A stretch of 64,000 nt of DNA. Origin: an uncultured Microthrixaceae bacterium. Lineage in GTDB: Bacteria > Actinomycetota > Acidimicrobiia > Acidimicrobiales > DATDAH01. This document shows positions 9,626 through 19,845 of the stretch, in pieces. The notes under the pieces are model-generated. The model was not told the DNA's origin and made no database searches. It was given only the letters and a program-made list of their open reading frames with translations. The DNA lies in contig CAVRXU010000005.1 in the NCBI GenBank assembly GCA_963725155.1, positions 642,330-706,329 of the forward strand, in the 5' to 3' direction. How positions within the stretch are numbered: position 1 is the stretch's first letter; the number at the start of each line of letters is the position of its first letter. A program made the translations under genes and the position numbers.

Positions 9626-10533
9626 TGGACGACCTCTTGCCCAGGGTGGACCTGGCCGGTCGCATCGCCCTGGTCACCGGCTCGTCCCGGGGCTTGGGGG
9701 CGGCCACGGCTAAGCGCCTGGCGGCCATGGGCGCGGAGGTCGTCATCACCTACCGCAGACAGGCCGAAGCCGCAGCCGAGGTGGCGGCGGCGATCGCCGA
9801 GGGCGGAGGTCGGGCCCACGTGCAGCCCCTCGACGCCGGCGATGTCGGGTCCATCGACACCCTGTTCGACTGGATCGAGGCCGACGGGCCGGGTGGGCTG
9901 GACATCCTCGTGGCCAACGCCGCGGCCACGAGCCTGAAGCCGCTGCTGGAGCAGGCGCCCCACAACGTCGAGCGCACCTTCGCCATCACCGTGACCGGCT
10001 TCCTCCACGCGGTGCAGCGGGCGGTCCCGCTGATGGAAGCCCGGGGCGGCGGGCGCATCGTGGCTGTCTCCGGCATCGACACCGTGTCCTGGGCACCGGC
10101 CCATGGGCTGCTGGCCGCGGCGAAGGCGTCGATGGAGATGCTGGTCACGTACCTGACGATCGAGCTGGGCAAGCGCAACATCACCGCCGTGGGGGTCAAC
10201 CCCGATGCCTTCTTCGGCGACTCGCTGAAACTGATGCTGGGCGACCACTACGACGTGATGCTCGGCATCCACGAGCGCAGCCACCCGCTGCGCACGGCGG
10301 CCACGCCCGAGGACATCGCCGAGGTGGTGGCCCTGCTCTGCACCGACGCCGCCCGCTGGCTGTCGGGCCACACGGTGATGGCCGATGGGGCGGCGTCGTT
10401 CGCCGCCCGGGGGAATCTCATCGGGACCACCGCGAAGCTCCCGATGGACGAGCAGCGCCGCCAAGCCGGCTTGGGCCCGGTCGAGCCGGCGGCCGAACGC
10501 CCCGGCACGGCTCCCAGCGTCCCCGACCTCTAG
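9625..10533 (+). CDS. Short-chain dehydrogenase/reductase family oxidoreductase
   Basis: ALVTGSSRGLG cofactor motif, NAAA segment. I could not find the classical YxxxK (region reads AHGLLAAAKAS). ATGA overlap with the previous gene. Confidence 0.8.
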   Translation: MDDLLPRVDLAGRIALVTGSSRGLGAATAKRLAAMGAEVVITYRRQAEAAAEVAAAIAEGGGRAHVQPLDAGDVGSIDTLFDWIEADGPGGLDILVANAAATSLKPLLEQAPHNVERTFAITVTGFLHAVQRAVPLMEARGGGRIVAVSGIDTVSWAPAHGLLAAAKASMEMLVTYLTIELGKRNITAVGVNPDAFFGDSLKLMLGDHYDVMLGIHERSHPLRTAATPEDIAEVVALLCTDAARWLSGHTVMADGAASFAARGNLIGTTAKLPMDEQRRQAGLGPVEPAAERPGTAPSVPDL

Positions 10534-11903
10534 CGGGCCGCGGTGAAGCAGGTGAGCATCGCCTCGACGGAGCGGTCGATGTCGGCGTCGGTGGTCGACC
10601 AGTTGGACACGGAGATGCGCATGGCCGCTCGGCCCTGCCAGACCGTGCCGCCCACCCAGCAGGTGCCGTCCTCCTGAACGCGGGTGATGACGTCACGGGT
10701 GACGTCGTCGTCGTCGCCGAAGCGGACCAGGACCTGGTTCAGGACGACATCGTTCAGGACCTCGACCCCGTCGGCGGCGCCCAGCTGATCGGCGGCACGT
10801 TGGGCGAGGGTGCAGAAGCGGACGACCAGGTCCTCGACACCGTCCCGGCCGAGGGCGCGCAGGATGGCCCAGGTGGGGACGGCCCGGGCCCGGCGGCTCA
10901 TCTCCGGGTTCCAGTCGATGGGCTCCCGGTGGCCGCCCAGCGTCAGATAGGCGGCGGACATGGCCATGGCCGCTCGGTGGGCCTCGGGGTGGGCGGTGAG
11001 CGCCACCGCGCAGTCGTAGGGGGCGTTGAGCCACTTGTGCATGTCGACGGCCCAGCTGTCGGCCGCCTCGTAGCCCTCGAGCAGGTGGCGGTGGTGACCG
11101 CTGGCCGCGGCCCACAGGCCGAAGGCGCCGTCGACGTGGACCCAGGCCGCGTGCTCGTGGGCTATGGCGCAGACCTCGGCGATCGGGTCGAAGGCCCCCG
11201 TGTTCACGTTGCCCGCCTGGGTGCAGACGATGGCCGGGCCGCCGTCAGCCTCACCGAGGACCCGGGCCAGATCACTCGGGTCGAGGGCCCCCTGGTCGTC
11301 GACGGCAAGCGGGACCACCCCGGAGGTCCCGAACCCGAGGTAGCGCAAGGCCCGGTCGACGGCGGCATGGCGCTCGCCCCCCACGACGACGGTGACGGGC
11401 GGCGCCCCGAACAGGCCGTCGACCTCCACGTCCCAGCCCGCCTGTTCGAGCACCTGGTGGCGGGCGGCCATGAGGCCCGTGACGTTGGCCATCTGGGCAC
11501 CGGTGACGAATGCCCCTGACCCGTTCGCCGGCAGTCCCAGGAGGTCCCGCAACCAAGCCAGGACCACCTCCTCGATGACGGCGGCCGCTGGTGCGGCCAC
11601 GTGCATGCCCGCGTTCTGGTCCCACGCCGACACCAACCACTCAGCGGCCAGGCCCACCGGGAGCGAGCCCCCGATCACGAACCCGAAGTACCGCGGCCCG
11701 GCCGTGGCCACGATGCCGTCCTCGGCCCCGGCGACGAGGGCCTGCAATGCCGCGTGGTTCCCGTCACCCTCGTCGGTGAGCGATGCCCCCAGCGCCTCCC
11801 GGAGGGCGTCAACGTCGGCCGGGCGCCCGACCGGTCGATCGGGAAGTGAATCGATGTAGCCGATGGCAGAGCGCACAGCTTCGTCGAGCAGCGGATGGTC
11901 CAT
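10530..11903 (-). CDS. PLP-dependent (group II-like) amino acid decarboxylase
   Basis: 457 aa. PLP-lysine context DMHKWLNAPYDCA. Fold-type I layout. Confidence 0.8.
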   Translation of the reverse strand: MDHPLLDEAVRSAIGYIDSLPDRPVGRPADVDALREALGASLTDEGDGNHAALQALVAGAEDGIVATAGPRYFGFVIGGSLPVGLAAEWLVSAWDQNAGMHVAAPAAAVIEEVVLAWLRDLLGLPANGSGAFVTGAQMANVTGLMAARHQVLEQAGWDVEVDGLFGAPPVTVVVGGERHAAVDRALRYLGFGTSGVVPLAVDDQGALDPSDLARVLGEADGGPAIVCTQAGNVNTGAFDPIAEVCAIAHEHAAWVHVDGAFGLWAAASGHHRHLLEGYEAADSWAVDMHKWLNAPYDCAVALTAHPEAHRAAMAMSAAYLTLGGHREPIDWNPEMSRRARAVPTWAILRALGRDGVEDLVVRFCTLAQRAADQLGAADGVEVLNDVVLNQVLVRFGDDDDVTRDVITRVQEDGTCWVGGTVWQGRAAMRISVSNWSTTDADIDRSVEAMLTCFTAAR

Positions 11904-11929
11904 GGCGTGGAGTCTGCCAAGCTGACCCC

Positions 11930-12379
11930 ATGGGGACGCTGCGTTTCAACCACATGGAGCTGACGCTGCCCAAGGGCGCGCTCGGTGACGACGGTCGGGC
12001 CGACATCAAGGCCTTCTACAGCGAGGTCTTCGACTTCGAGGCCCTGGACGTCCCCATCTTCGACCAGCTCGGCCTGCTCCTGCGCACCGACGAGGCGACC
12101 AGCCAGTTCCTCCTGCTCATGGAATCGGAGACGCCGATCGACTCGCCCGGGTACGACCACCTCGGGTTCCTCTACGACACCCGGGAGCAGGTCGACGACC
12201 GGCTCGAGCAGGTGAAACGCTGGCAGGAGAAGGACGACCGGGTCCGCATCAAGGAGTACGAGGACCTGGTCACCGGCGCGACAACCGTGCACGCGTTCTA
12301 CGTGCGGTACCTGCTGCCCATCTGGTTCGACGTCCAGCACATCGAGCACGCCGAGCCCGCCCCGGCCCGAGAGGACTGA
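11930..12379 (+). CDS. VOC (glyoxalase/bleomycin resistance/dioxygenase) family protein
   Basis: 149 aa from ATG 11930. FNHMELTLP... and GYDHLGF segments are typical of VOC beta-alpha-beta-beta-beta modules. Weak call. Confidence 0.6.
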   Translation: MGTLRFNHMELTLPKGALGDDGRADIKAFYSEVFDFEALDVPIFDQLGLLLRTDEATSQFLLLMESETPIDSPGYDHLGFLYDTREQVDDRLEQVKRWQEKDDRVRIKEYEDLVTGATTVHAFYVRYLLPIWFDVQHIEHAEPAPARED

Positions 12380-12380
12380 C

Positions 12381-13601
<1,221 letters not shown>

Positions 13602-13608
13602 GGTCGGG

Positions 13609-14466
13609 TCAGGACCACGGGTCGTCGCGTCGGCTCAGGCGACGGAAGAGGTTGTTGATCGTCCAGCGCTGAGGGTCCCACTTCGGGGACAGGGCCTCGT
13701 CCCACTCCAGGGGGGCGGCCACGGGCGCGCCAGGGAGCGCCCGCAGCGAGTACGGGGCGACGGCGTGCTGCTGGTAGGCGTTGCGGTTGATGTCGAGCAG
13801 GAGGCGGTCGCCCCGGTCCTTCTTGAAGAACGCCAGGGTGAACTCGTCCGGCTCTTCGGCGACCAGCTGCTGGCTGACCTCTTCGGCCAGGCCGCGGGCC
13901 GCTTCGAAGTCGGGCAGGTCGACGTCGACCACGACGTGCAGCCCGCGGGAGCCGCTGGACTTCACGCGGGGCGAGTAGCCCCGCTCGGTGAACAGCTCCC
14001 GGAGCCGCCCGGCCGCGGCCCGCACCGGCCCCCGATCGGGCGTCGAGGGGTCGAGGTCGACCATGACCTCGACCGGTCGGTAGGGGTCGGCGGCCCGGCT
14101 GAAGAGGGTGTGGAGCACCAGGACGCCCTGACCGGCCAGGTAGACGACCGTCGCCGCGTCCTCGATGACGACGAACTCGGTGCTGCCGTCCCGGGTCGTG
14201 AGCTCGACCCGGGGGATCCAGTCCGGGAAGTGCTTGCCGGCCTGCTTCTGGAAGAACCCGCCCTTGCCGATCCCGTCCGGGAAGCGGTGAAGGGCGACCG
14301 GTCGCCCCCGAGAGTGCTGCACCAGTGAGGGCGCGATGCGCTCGTAGTAGCGGACCATCTCGGCCTTGGTGATGCCGTCGTCGGGGAAGAGGACCTTGTC
14401 GGGATTGGAGATCGACAGCTCGCGGCCGTCGACCTCGAGCTCCAGTCTTTTCGCCTTCGCCGCCAT
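13609..14466 (-). CDS. Stand-alone LigD polymerase domain (archaeo-eukaryotic primase-type NHEJ polymerase)
   Basis: ISNPDKVLFP, catalytic MVDLDPS (DxD), SGSRGLHVVV, FFKKDRGDRLLLDINRN. 285 aa. No ligase or nuclease domain attached. Confidence 0.85.
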   Translation of the reverse strand: MAAKAKRLELEVDGRELSISNPDKVLFPDDGITKAEMVRYYERIAPSLVQHSRGRPVALHRFPDGIGKGGFFQKQAGKHFPDWIPRVELTTRDGSTEFVVIEDAATVVYLAGQGVLVLHTLFSRAADPYRPVEVMVDLDPSTPDRGPVRAAAGRLRELFTERGYSPRVKSSGSRGLHVVVDVDLPDFEAARGLAEEVSQQLVAEEPDEFTLAFFKKDRGDRLLLDINRNAYQQHAVAPYSLRALPGAPVAAPLEWDEALSPKWDPQRWTINNLFRRLSRRDDPWS

Positions 14467-14475
14467 GGGTGCGAC

Positions 14476-14793
14476 CTACCCCGGCTTCCGTCGGACGACC
14501 TCGACCACCGCACCCAGGGTCAACGGCCCGTAGACGTGGGGGAACAGGGTGCCGTCCTCGGCCGGCTCGTCGACCACCTCGGCGTCGAGGCGGTCGGGGT
14601 CGAGCGTGAGGACGACCACGTCGTCCAGGTCGCCGTAGATGCGGTTGAGCGTGCCCTCGACCTGCTCGGTGTAGGAGCAGTGGATGAAGCCCTCGTCCGC
14701 CAGCGTGCGGTCCCGGGTGGACTGGACGGACAGGCCCGAGGCCTCGAACCGGTCCCAGTCGTCGAGCGTCATGACGTGGTGGAGGTGGCGCAC
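14476..14793 (-). CDS. DUF952 family protein
   Basis: 105 aa with the family-typical DEGFIHCS and FPHVYGPL segments. Confidence 0.8.
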   Translation of the reverse strand: MRHLHHVMTLDDWDRFEASGLSVQSTRDRTLADEGFIHCSYTEQVEGTLNRIYGDLDDVVVLTLDPDRLDAEVVDEPAEDGTLFPHVYGPLTLGAVVEVVRRKPG

Positions 14794-14798
14794 CGCCG

Positions 14799-15749
14799 TC
14801 AGCCTCGCAGGTACTGGTCGGCTGTGGTCCCGAGAGCGTCGGCGAAGCCCTCAACGAGGTCGGCGAGGATCTCGGCCACCGGCAGGACGCCGTCGATGCG
14901 CCCGGCGACCTGACCGGCCATGGGGATGGCCGCCTCCATGTCCCCGCCGAAGTAGAGGTCGGCCGGCGAGCCGAACTGGCCCCAGACATTGCCGGGCTCC
15001 TGCTCCAGGCGGGTCGTGCGCTCGGTGCGCAACGCCCGCATGCCCGGCTTGGCGAAGCGGTTGAGCAGCACGGTTCCCGTCTCGGCCGTGTCCACGATGG
15101 CCTGCTTCCAGTTGTCGTGGACCGGGGACTCGATCGAGGCCACGAAGCGGGTGCCGAGCTGGACCCCTTCAGCGCCGAGGACGAACGCGGCTGCCATCGT
15201 CGGCCCGTCGACGATGCCTCCCGCGGCGATGAGGGGGACGTCGACGTGTGAACGGATGAGCGGGAGGAGCACCATCGTCGACGCCCCTTCCGGCGTCTTG
15301 AAGCCACCGCCCTCGATGCCCTCCACGACGAGGCCGTCCACGCCGGCGTCGACCGCCTTGAGGGCGCCCCGGAGGGTGGGCACGACGTGGAAGACGGTGA
15401 GACCCGCGGCCTTGAGCTGGGTGGTGAACCGGTTGGGGTCGCCCGCCGAGGTCGTGACGAAGCGGACCCCGGCGTCGACGACCACGTCGATGACCGAGTC
15501 GTCCCGCACCAGGTTCTGGGCGATGTTCACGCCGAACGGGCGGTTGGTCAGGTCCCGCATGGCGCCGACCTCGCGGACGAAGGCATCCAACTCGCCCGAG
15601 GATGTCTCGATGATCCCCAGGCCACCGGCCGAGGAGACCGCCGAGGCCAGCCGGGAGCGGGCGATCCACCCCATCGGTGCCTGCACGACGGGGATCTCCA
15701 CCTCGAGCAGCCGGGTGATGCGGTTGTCGAAGGTCAGCCCGGCCGTCAT
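14799..15749 (-). CDS. Nitronate monooxygenase (NMO / 2-nitropropane dioxygenase family)
   Basis: VVQAPMGWIA, GGLGIIE, and TIM-barrel FMN-binding segments (IAAGGIVDG). Confidence 0.85.
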   Translation of the reverse strand: MTAGLTFDNRITRLLEVEIPVVQAPMGWIARSRLASAVSSAGGLGIIETSSGELDAFVREVGAMRDLTNRPFGVNIAQNLVRDDSVIDVVVDAGVRFVTTSAGDPNRFTTQLKAAGLTVFHVVPTLRGALKAVDAGVDGLVVEGIEGGGFKTPEGASTMVLLPLIRSHVDVPLIAAGGIVDGPTMAAAFVLGAEGVQLGTRFVASIESPVHDNWKQAIVDTAETGTVLLNRFAKPGMRALRTERTTRLEQEPGNVWGQFGSPADLYFGGDMEAAIPMAGQVAGRIDGVLPVAEILADLVEGFADALGTTADQYLRG

Positions 15750-15771
15750 CGCGGCATCGTAGAGAGTGCGG

Positions 15772-16335
15772 TCAGGGCGGGTGGACGTCCAGCCAGGCGA
15801 GGACCTGGTCGATCCGGTCCCAGCGGTCGCTCACGGCCTCGATCCACGGTGCCGGCTGGTTGGCGAGGGCCGACCGGAACCAGGTGGTCATCGGGCCCCG
15901 GACGTGCTCGCCGTCCCGCAGGCCATCCTGGACGAAGGGCACACCGTCGGGGGCGGTCAGGACGTAGAGGCGCGGGGGCACCGCTCGGGCCGCCAGCTCC
16001 GGGGCGTCGACCCCGAGATAGCGGAGGTGCCACACGGCCACGGCCAGCACATCGTTGTCGCAGACGAGCAGGGTGTCCTTCCGCTGCGCGGCTTCGGCGA
16101 CGGCCTGCGCCTCGAGCGCGGCTTGGCCGTCGGCCACCGCCTCGAAGTCGGTCGAGGTCCACTCGACGGCCCAGATCGAGCCCACCTCGGCGGCCCGGCG
16201 GTCGGCGTACGCCCGCAGGTACTCCGGCACGCAGGCCACACCGAGGCGGCGGGCCAGATCCCGGGCCAGGGTCGTCGAGCCGGTCGACTCCGAGCCCAGG
16301 ATCACGACGCGGGAGACGGGTGTGACCTCAGGCAC
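15772..16335 (-). CDS. NadR/AAA_28-type P-loop protein with non-canonical Walker A
   Basis: VVILGSESTGSTTLARDLA resembles the ribosylnicotinamide-kinase-type P-loop (GGESSGKS), but Ser replaces the Lys. 187 aa. Confidence 0.6.
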   Translation of the reverse strand: MPEVTPVSRVVILGSESTGSTTLARDLARRLGVACVPEYLRAYADRRAAEVGSIWAVEWTSTDFEAVADGQAALEAQAVAEAAQRKDTLLVCDNDVLAVAVWHLRYLGVDAPELAARAVPPRLYVLTAPDGVPFVQDGLRDGEHVRGPMTTWFRSALANQPAPWIEAVSDRWDRIDQVLAWLDVHPP

Positions 16336-16416
16336 GTCCTTTGGCTACCACCCGGCGGATGAGACGAGGGCCAACCGGGTAGGGCCGGGTGTCCGCCGAA
16401 GCAGAGGAGGCCCGTC

Positions 16417-16485
16417 ATGGGCTGGGCCTACAAGGACGCCATCGAGCGGGGAGCGGCCCAAGAGGGCGAAGGGCGCATCCCCTAG
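16417..16485 (+). CDS. Candidate 22-codon upstream ORF
   Basis: GAGGAGG lies 6 nt before the ATG. Peptide MGWAYKDAIERGAAQEGEGRIP. The TAG stop is 9 nt before the next gene's ATG and in the same frame; that ATG lacks its own SD. Confidence 0.25.
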   Translation: MGWAYKDAIERGAAQEGEGRIP

Positions 16486-16494
16486 CCTCTCGGG

Positions 16495-17229
16495 ATGGCC
16501 GGATCGCGCGCGTGGTTCTTCCGGCGCCGCATCCTCAACGAAGCCATCCACCGGAGCTGGGACTGGGCGCGGTCCCGGGGGGCCATTCACCCCGGCACGA
16601 TCCGGGCCGAGCGCTTCGGGTCGTTCGGCGAGAACAGCCTGCTCGGCTTCCCGGTGGCGACGCTGTTCGGTGAGTCACGGATCCACATCGGGGCGGGCAC
16701 GCTCATCGCCAGCTGGGTGACCCTGTCGGCCGGCTACGGCCCCGACCAGGTCGATGTGCCGGCGCGGGCGCTGGTCATCGGGGACCGCTGCCTGATCAAC
16801 ATCCGGTGCGGCCTCGTGGCCCACGAGTCCATCGAGATCGGCGACGACGTCTGGTTCGGCCAGGGCGTCTACATCACCGACGCCAATCACGGGTTCGAGG
16901 ACTTCGACGTCCCGATCGGCAAGCAGCTCGGTGACCACCAGCCGGTGTCGGTGGGCCGGGGGTCCTGGCTGGGCCACGGATCGGTCATCCTCCCCGGCAC
17001 CCGTATCGGCCGGCAGTGCGTTGTCGCCGCCGGGTCGGTCGTCCGGGGCGAGGTGCCCGACCACAGCGTCGTGGCCGGCGTACCCGCGAAGGTGATCCGG
17101 ACTTTGACCGATGGCCGCCCGGCGCACGAGGAGGGTCGGCTGGACGAGTTCGTGGAGCCCCTGGCCAGGGGCTTCGGGACCTGGTCGGCTGACGCGCGCC
17201 ATCCCCGGCGCTCGTCCCGCCGCGCCTGA
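16495..17229 (+). CDS. Hexapeptide-repeat (left-handed beta-helix) acyltransferase
   Basis: Repeated [LIV]-G-x4 units: IGDDVWFGQGVYI, VGRGSWLGHGSVILPGTRIGRQCVVAAGSVV. Confidence 0.8.
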   Translation: MAGSRAWFFRRRILNEAIHRSWDWARSRGAIHPGTIRAERFGSFGENSLLGFPVATLFGESRIHIGAGTLIASWVTLSAGYGPDQVDVPARALVIGDRCLINIRCGLVAHESIEIGDDVWFGQGVYITDANHGFEDFDVPIGKQLGDHQPVSVGRGSWLGHGSVILPGTRIGRQCVVAAGSVVRGEVPDHSVVAGVPAKVIRTLTDGRPAHEEGRLDEFVEPLARGFGTWSADARHPRRSSRRA

Positions 17230-17230
17230 C

Positions 17231-17482
17231 CTACTGCCGGTAACCCTCGACGGTGCCCTCGGGGCGCACCGCGGCCTCGTCGGGGTCGAGCCCGGCATTG
17301 CGCCGGGCCCGTCGTTGCCGGAGCAGGTCCCAGCACTGGTCGAGGGCGACCTCGACCTCGGCGAGACGGTCCTTCTCCTCGTCGGAGAGGCCTTCGCCGA
17401 CGTGGCTCTCCTCGAGACGGTGCTCCTCGTCCACGAGGGCGGTGATGCGGCTCAGGATCTCGGCGTCATCCATGACCTCCAT
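17231..17482 (-). CDS. DUF2630 family protein
   Basis: 83 aa. DDAEILSRITALVDEEHRLE...LDQCWDLLRQRRA is typical of this small actinobacterial family. Confidence 0.75.
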   Translation of the reverse strand: MEVMDDAEILSRITALVDEEHRLEESHVGEGLSDEEKDRLAEVEVALDQCWDLLRQRRARRNAGLDPDEAAVRPEGTVEGYRQ

Positions 17483-17495
17483 CCGACACCCGATG

Positions 17496-18803
17496 TCAAG
17501 CAGCCGACTCCCGTAGCCGTGGAACGGACTGCTCGCCCAGGGGCAGGCCCGAGTGGGCCGGCGTCCAGTCCTCGTCGGGCGAGGCGGCGTACAGCGGGGG
17601 TTCGTCCAGGAGGTGGAGGCTGCGGGCCGGGATGGCGGCCAGGGTCACCAGGACCAGGCCGGCGCTGAGCAGGATGAAGGCGGGACGAAGGCCGAGGGCT
17701 TCCACGAGCGGGCCGACCAGCAGGTAGCCGACCGGACCCGCGGCGTAGGCCGCCGAGGTGAGGACGCCGAACGCCCGACCCCGCAACTCCTCCGGCGTGC
17801 GGGTCTGCATGGCGTAGTTCTCCAGCGGGGCGATGGGCCCGTACAGGAACCCGGCGATCGTGGCGAACGCGACCATGACCGCGAACGGCGGGAGCAAGGC
17901 CATGCCGAAGAGCGGGACCCCGACGCCGACCATGGCCAGGACGAAGGCCGTCCGGCGGCGGAGCCGCGTGCCCCACTTGCCGTACGCGAGCGAGCCCGCG
18001 ATGCCGCCGATGCTGAGGGCCATGAGGACGGTGCCGAGGCGCGCCGGTTGGCCCTGCTCGTTGAAGTAGGTCGGCAGGATCACCCCCTCGACGGGCAGGT
18101 AGAGGGCGACGATGGCCATGCTGAGAAGCGCGGTCGTGCGCAGCAGCGGCTCGTGGCGGATGAAGCGCAGGCCCTCGAGCGTCCCGGTCCAGAACCCCTC
18201 CGGCCGCTCGTGGGCCTCGGGGACGCCGGCGCCGGGTACGCGGATCCTCGACGTCAGGGCGAGGGAGAGGGCGAAGCCGGCGGCGGTCACCCAGAGGGTG
18301 CTGGCCGCGCCGACCGTGGCGATGAGCAGGCCCCCGATGCCGGGACCCACGAGGAAGGCCACGTTCCAGACGGCCTCGTGCACGCTGTTGGCCCGCTCCA
18401 GGCCCCAGCCCGCGCCGTGGGCGGCGGCGGGCAGGAGGGTCTCCCGGGCAGTGATGCCGGCCGGGTCGAAGGCGGCCCCGAGGGCGGCGAACACGATGAG
18501 CAGGCCCAGGGAGAGGCCGACGGTGGCGTCGGCGATGGGGATGGCGGCCACGGCCACGAGGGAGAGGAGGTCGGACACGACGGCAGTGCGGCGGCGGCCG
18601 AAGGAGTCCACGACCGTGCCCGACACCAGGCTGGCCACGATCAGCGGGAGGGCGGCCGCGGTGGCGACGATGCCGGCGGCGGATGCGCTACCGGTGCGCT
18701 CGAGGGCGAGCCAGGGGAGGGCGACCATCGCGACGCCGTTGCCCACGCCCGAGACGAGCGTGGCCGCCTCGAGCAGCAGGAAGGATCGGCGCTGGGGACT
18801 CAC
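17496..18803 (-). CDS. MFS transporter
   Basis: 435 aa, about 12 hydrophobic segments. The loop 2-3 motif is like DSFGRRRT. Confidence 0.85.
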   Translation of the reverse strand: MSPQRRSFLLLEAATLVSGVGNGVAMVALPWLALERTGSASAAGIVATAAALPLIVASLVSGTVVDSFGRRRTAVVSDLLSLVAVAAIPIADATVGLSLGLLIVFAALGAAFDPAGITARETLLPAAAHGAGWGLERANSVHEAVWNVAFLVGPGIGGLLIATVGAASTLWVTAAGFALSLALTSRIRVPGAGVPEAHERPEGFWTGTLEGLRFIRHEPLLRTTALLSMAIVALYLPVEGVILPTYFNEQGQPARLGTVLMALSIGGIAGSLAYGKWGTRLRRRTAFVLAMVGVGVPLFGMALLPPFAVMVAFATIAGFLYGPIAPLENYAMQTRTPEELRGRAFGVLTSAAYAAGPVGYLLVGPLVEALGLRPAFILLSAGLVLVTLAAIPARSLHLLDEPPLYAASPDEDWTPAHSGLPLGEQSVPRLRESAA

Positions 18804-18863
18804 CGATCCAGGGTGGCAGGTCGCGCGCCTGTTCCCCCCGTGATTTCCGTCACCCGTGTGTCG

Positions 18864-19616
18864 TCAGGCCTCGTTGACCAGGTTCCATCGGGTGCCCTGC
18901 TCGACGAAGCCGAGGGCCTCGTAGAGACGACGGGCGGGGTTGCCGACCGTGACCGCCAGCCCCAGGCGGTCCCGGCCCGAGGCGGTCAGCTGGGTGAGGG
19001 CGTGGCTGAGGAGCGCCCGACCCACGCCGTGGCCCTGGGCCGACGGATCCACGAAGAGGTCGGTGATCCACGGCCCGCCGTCGTACTCGTCGTCGGCGGG
19101 CAGGTCGGAGACGATGTTCACGCCGACGAGGACGCCGTTCAGGCGCGCCTCGGCCGAGGCCCGGGTCAGGAGCGGGCCGACGATCTCACCGGCGAGGTAG
19201 CCGCGGATCGTCGCCGCCGCGCCCTCGGGCGTCGCGTCACCCATCTCATGGTCCGGGTGATCCGGCGGATAGGCCCGTCGGACGATCTCGCCGTACTCGA
19301 ACGGTGTGTCCTGCACCGGCAGCAGCTCGACGCCAGGGCCAGGGGCACCGGGAGACGGAGCCGGCAACCGGAGGACCATGAGTGACGAGGCCCGGACGAG
19401 CGTGACCCCCTGGCTGATGAGCGCATCCGCCAGGGCCGGGTCGTCGACGATGAACCGGTGGCCCCGCAGCGTGCCGATCGCCGCCGCGGCCACGTCGGCC
19501 GGTGGTGCGGCGTCGACGGGTGTGAGGACGGCCCGGGGGAACGGCTCGGCGCTCGGATCGATCCGCGCGGTGCCGACTGAGGCCCCTGCGGCGTCGGTCA
19601 GTTCGAAGTCGTGCAT
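18864..19616 (-). CDS. GNAT family N-acetyltransferase
   Basis: The C-terminal domain has the acetyl-CoA motif VDPSAQGHGVGRALL and ARRLYEALGF. I prefer ATG 19616 (MHDFELTD) because the longer track ORF (to 19733) is antisense to the HNH remnant. Confidence 0.7.
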   Translation of the reverse strand: MHDFELTDAAGASVGTARIDPSAEPFPRAVLTPVDAAPPADVAAAAIGTLRGHRFIVDDPALADALISQGVTLVRASSLMVLRLPAPSPGAPGPGVELLPVQDTPFEYGEIVRRAYPPDHPDHEMGDATPEGAAATIRGYLAGEIVGPLLTRASAEARLNGVLVGVNIVSDLPADDEYDGGPWITDLFVDPSAQGHGVGRALLSHALTQLTASGRDRLGLAVTVGNPARRLYEALGFVEQGTRWNLVNEA

Positions 19617-19832
19617 GTCTTGATGGAGGAGAAAATCGGCCGGTTCTTGCTCGCCGAGGAGTCGGTCCATCACCTCAGTGGGGTGAAGGACGACAATCGC
19701 CCTGAGAATCTTGAGCTGTGGGTACGACCGCAACCGAGCGGCATCCGAGTCTCGGATGCGGTGGCGTGGGCCCGAGAGATCCTCGCTCGGTACGAAGGGG
19801 CCACGGTCAGCTCCAACAACGCTCGAACCTGA
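19611..19832 (+). pseudogene. HNH endonuclease remnant (C-terminal HNH part only)
   Basis: LMEEKIGRFLLAEESVHHLSGVKDDNRPENLELWVRPQPSG matches the HNH_3-like VHHxNGxxxDNRxxNLELW core. The N-terminal half usual in such proteins is missing. It overlaps the GNAT start, is visibly less GC-rich than its flanks, and ends 13 nt from the tmRNA 3' end. Confidence 0.55.
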
Positions 19833-19845
19833 GCTCGAGCGCTCT

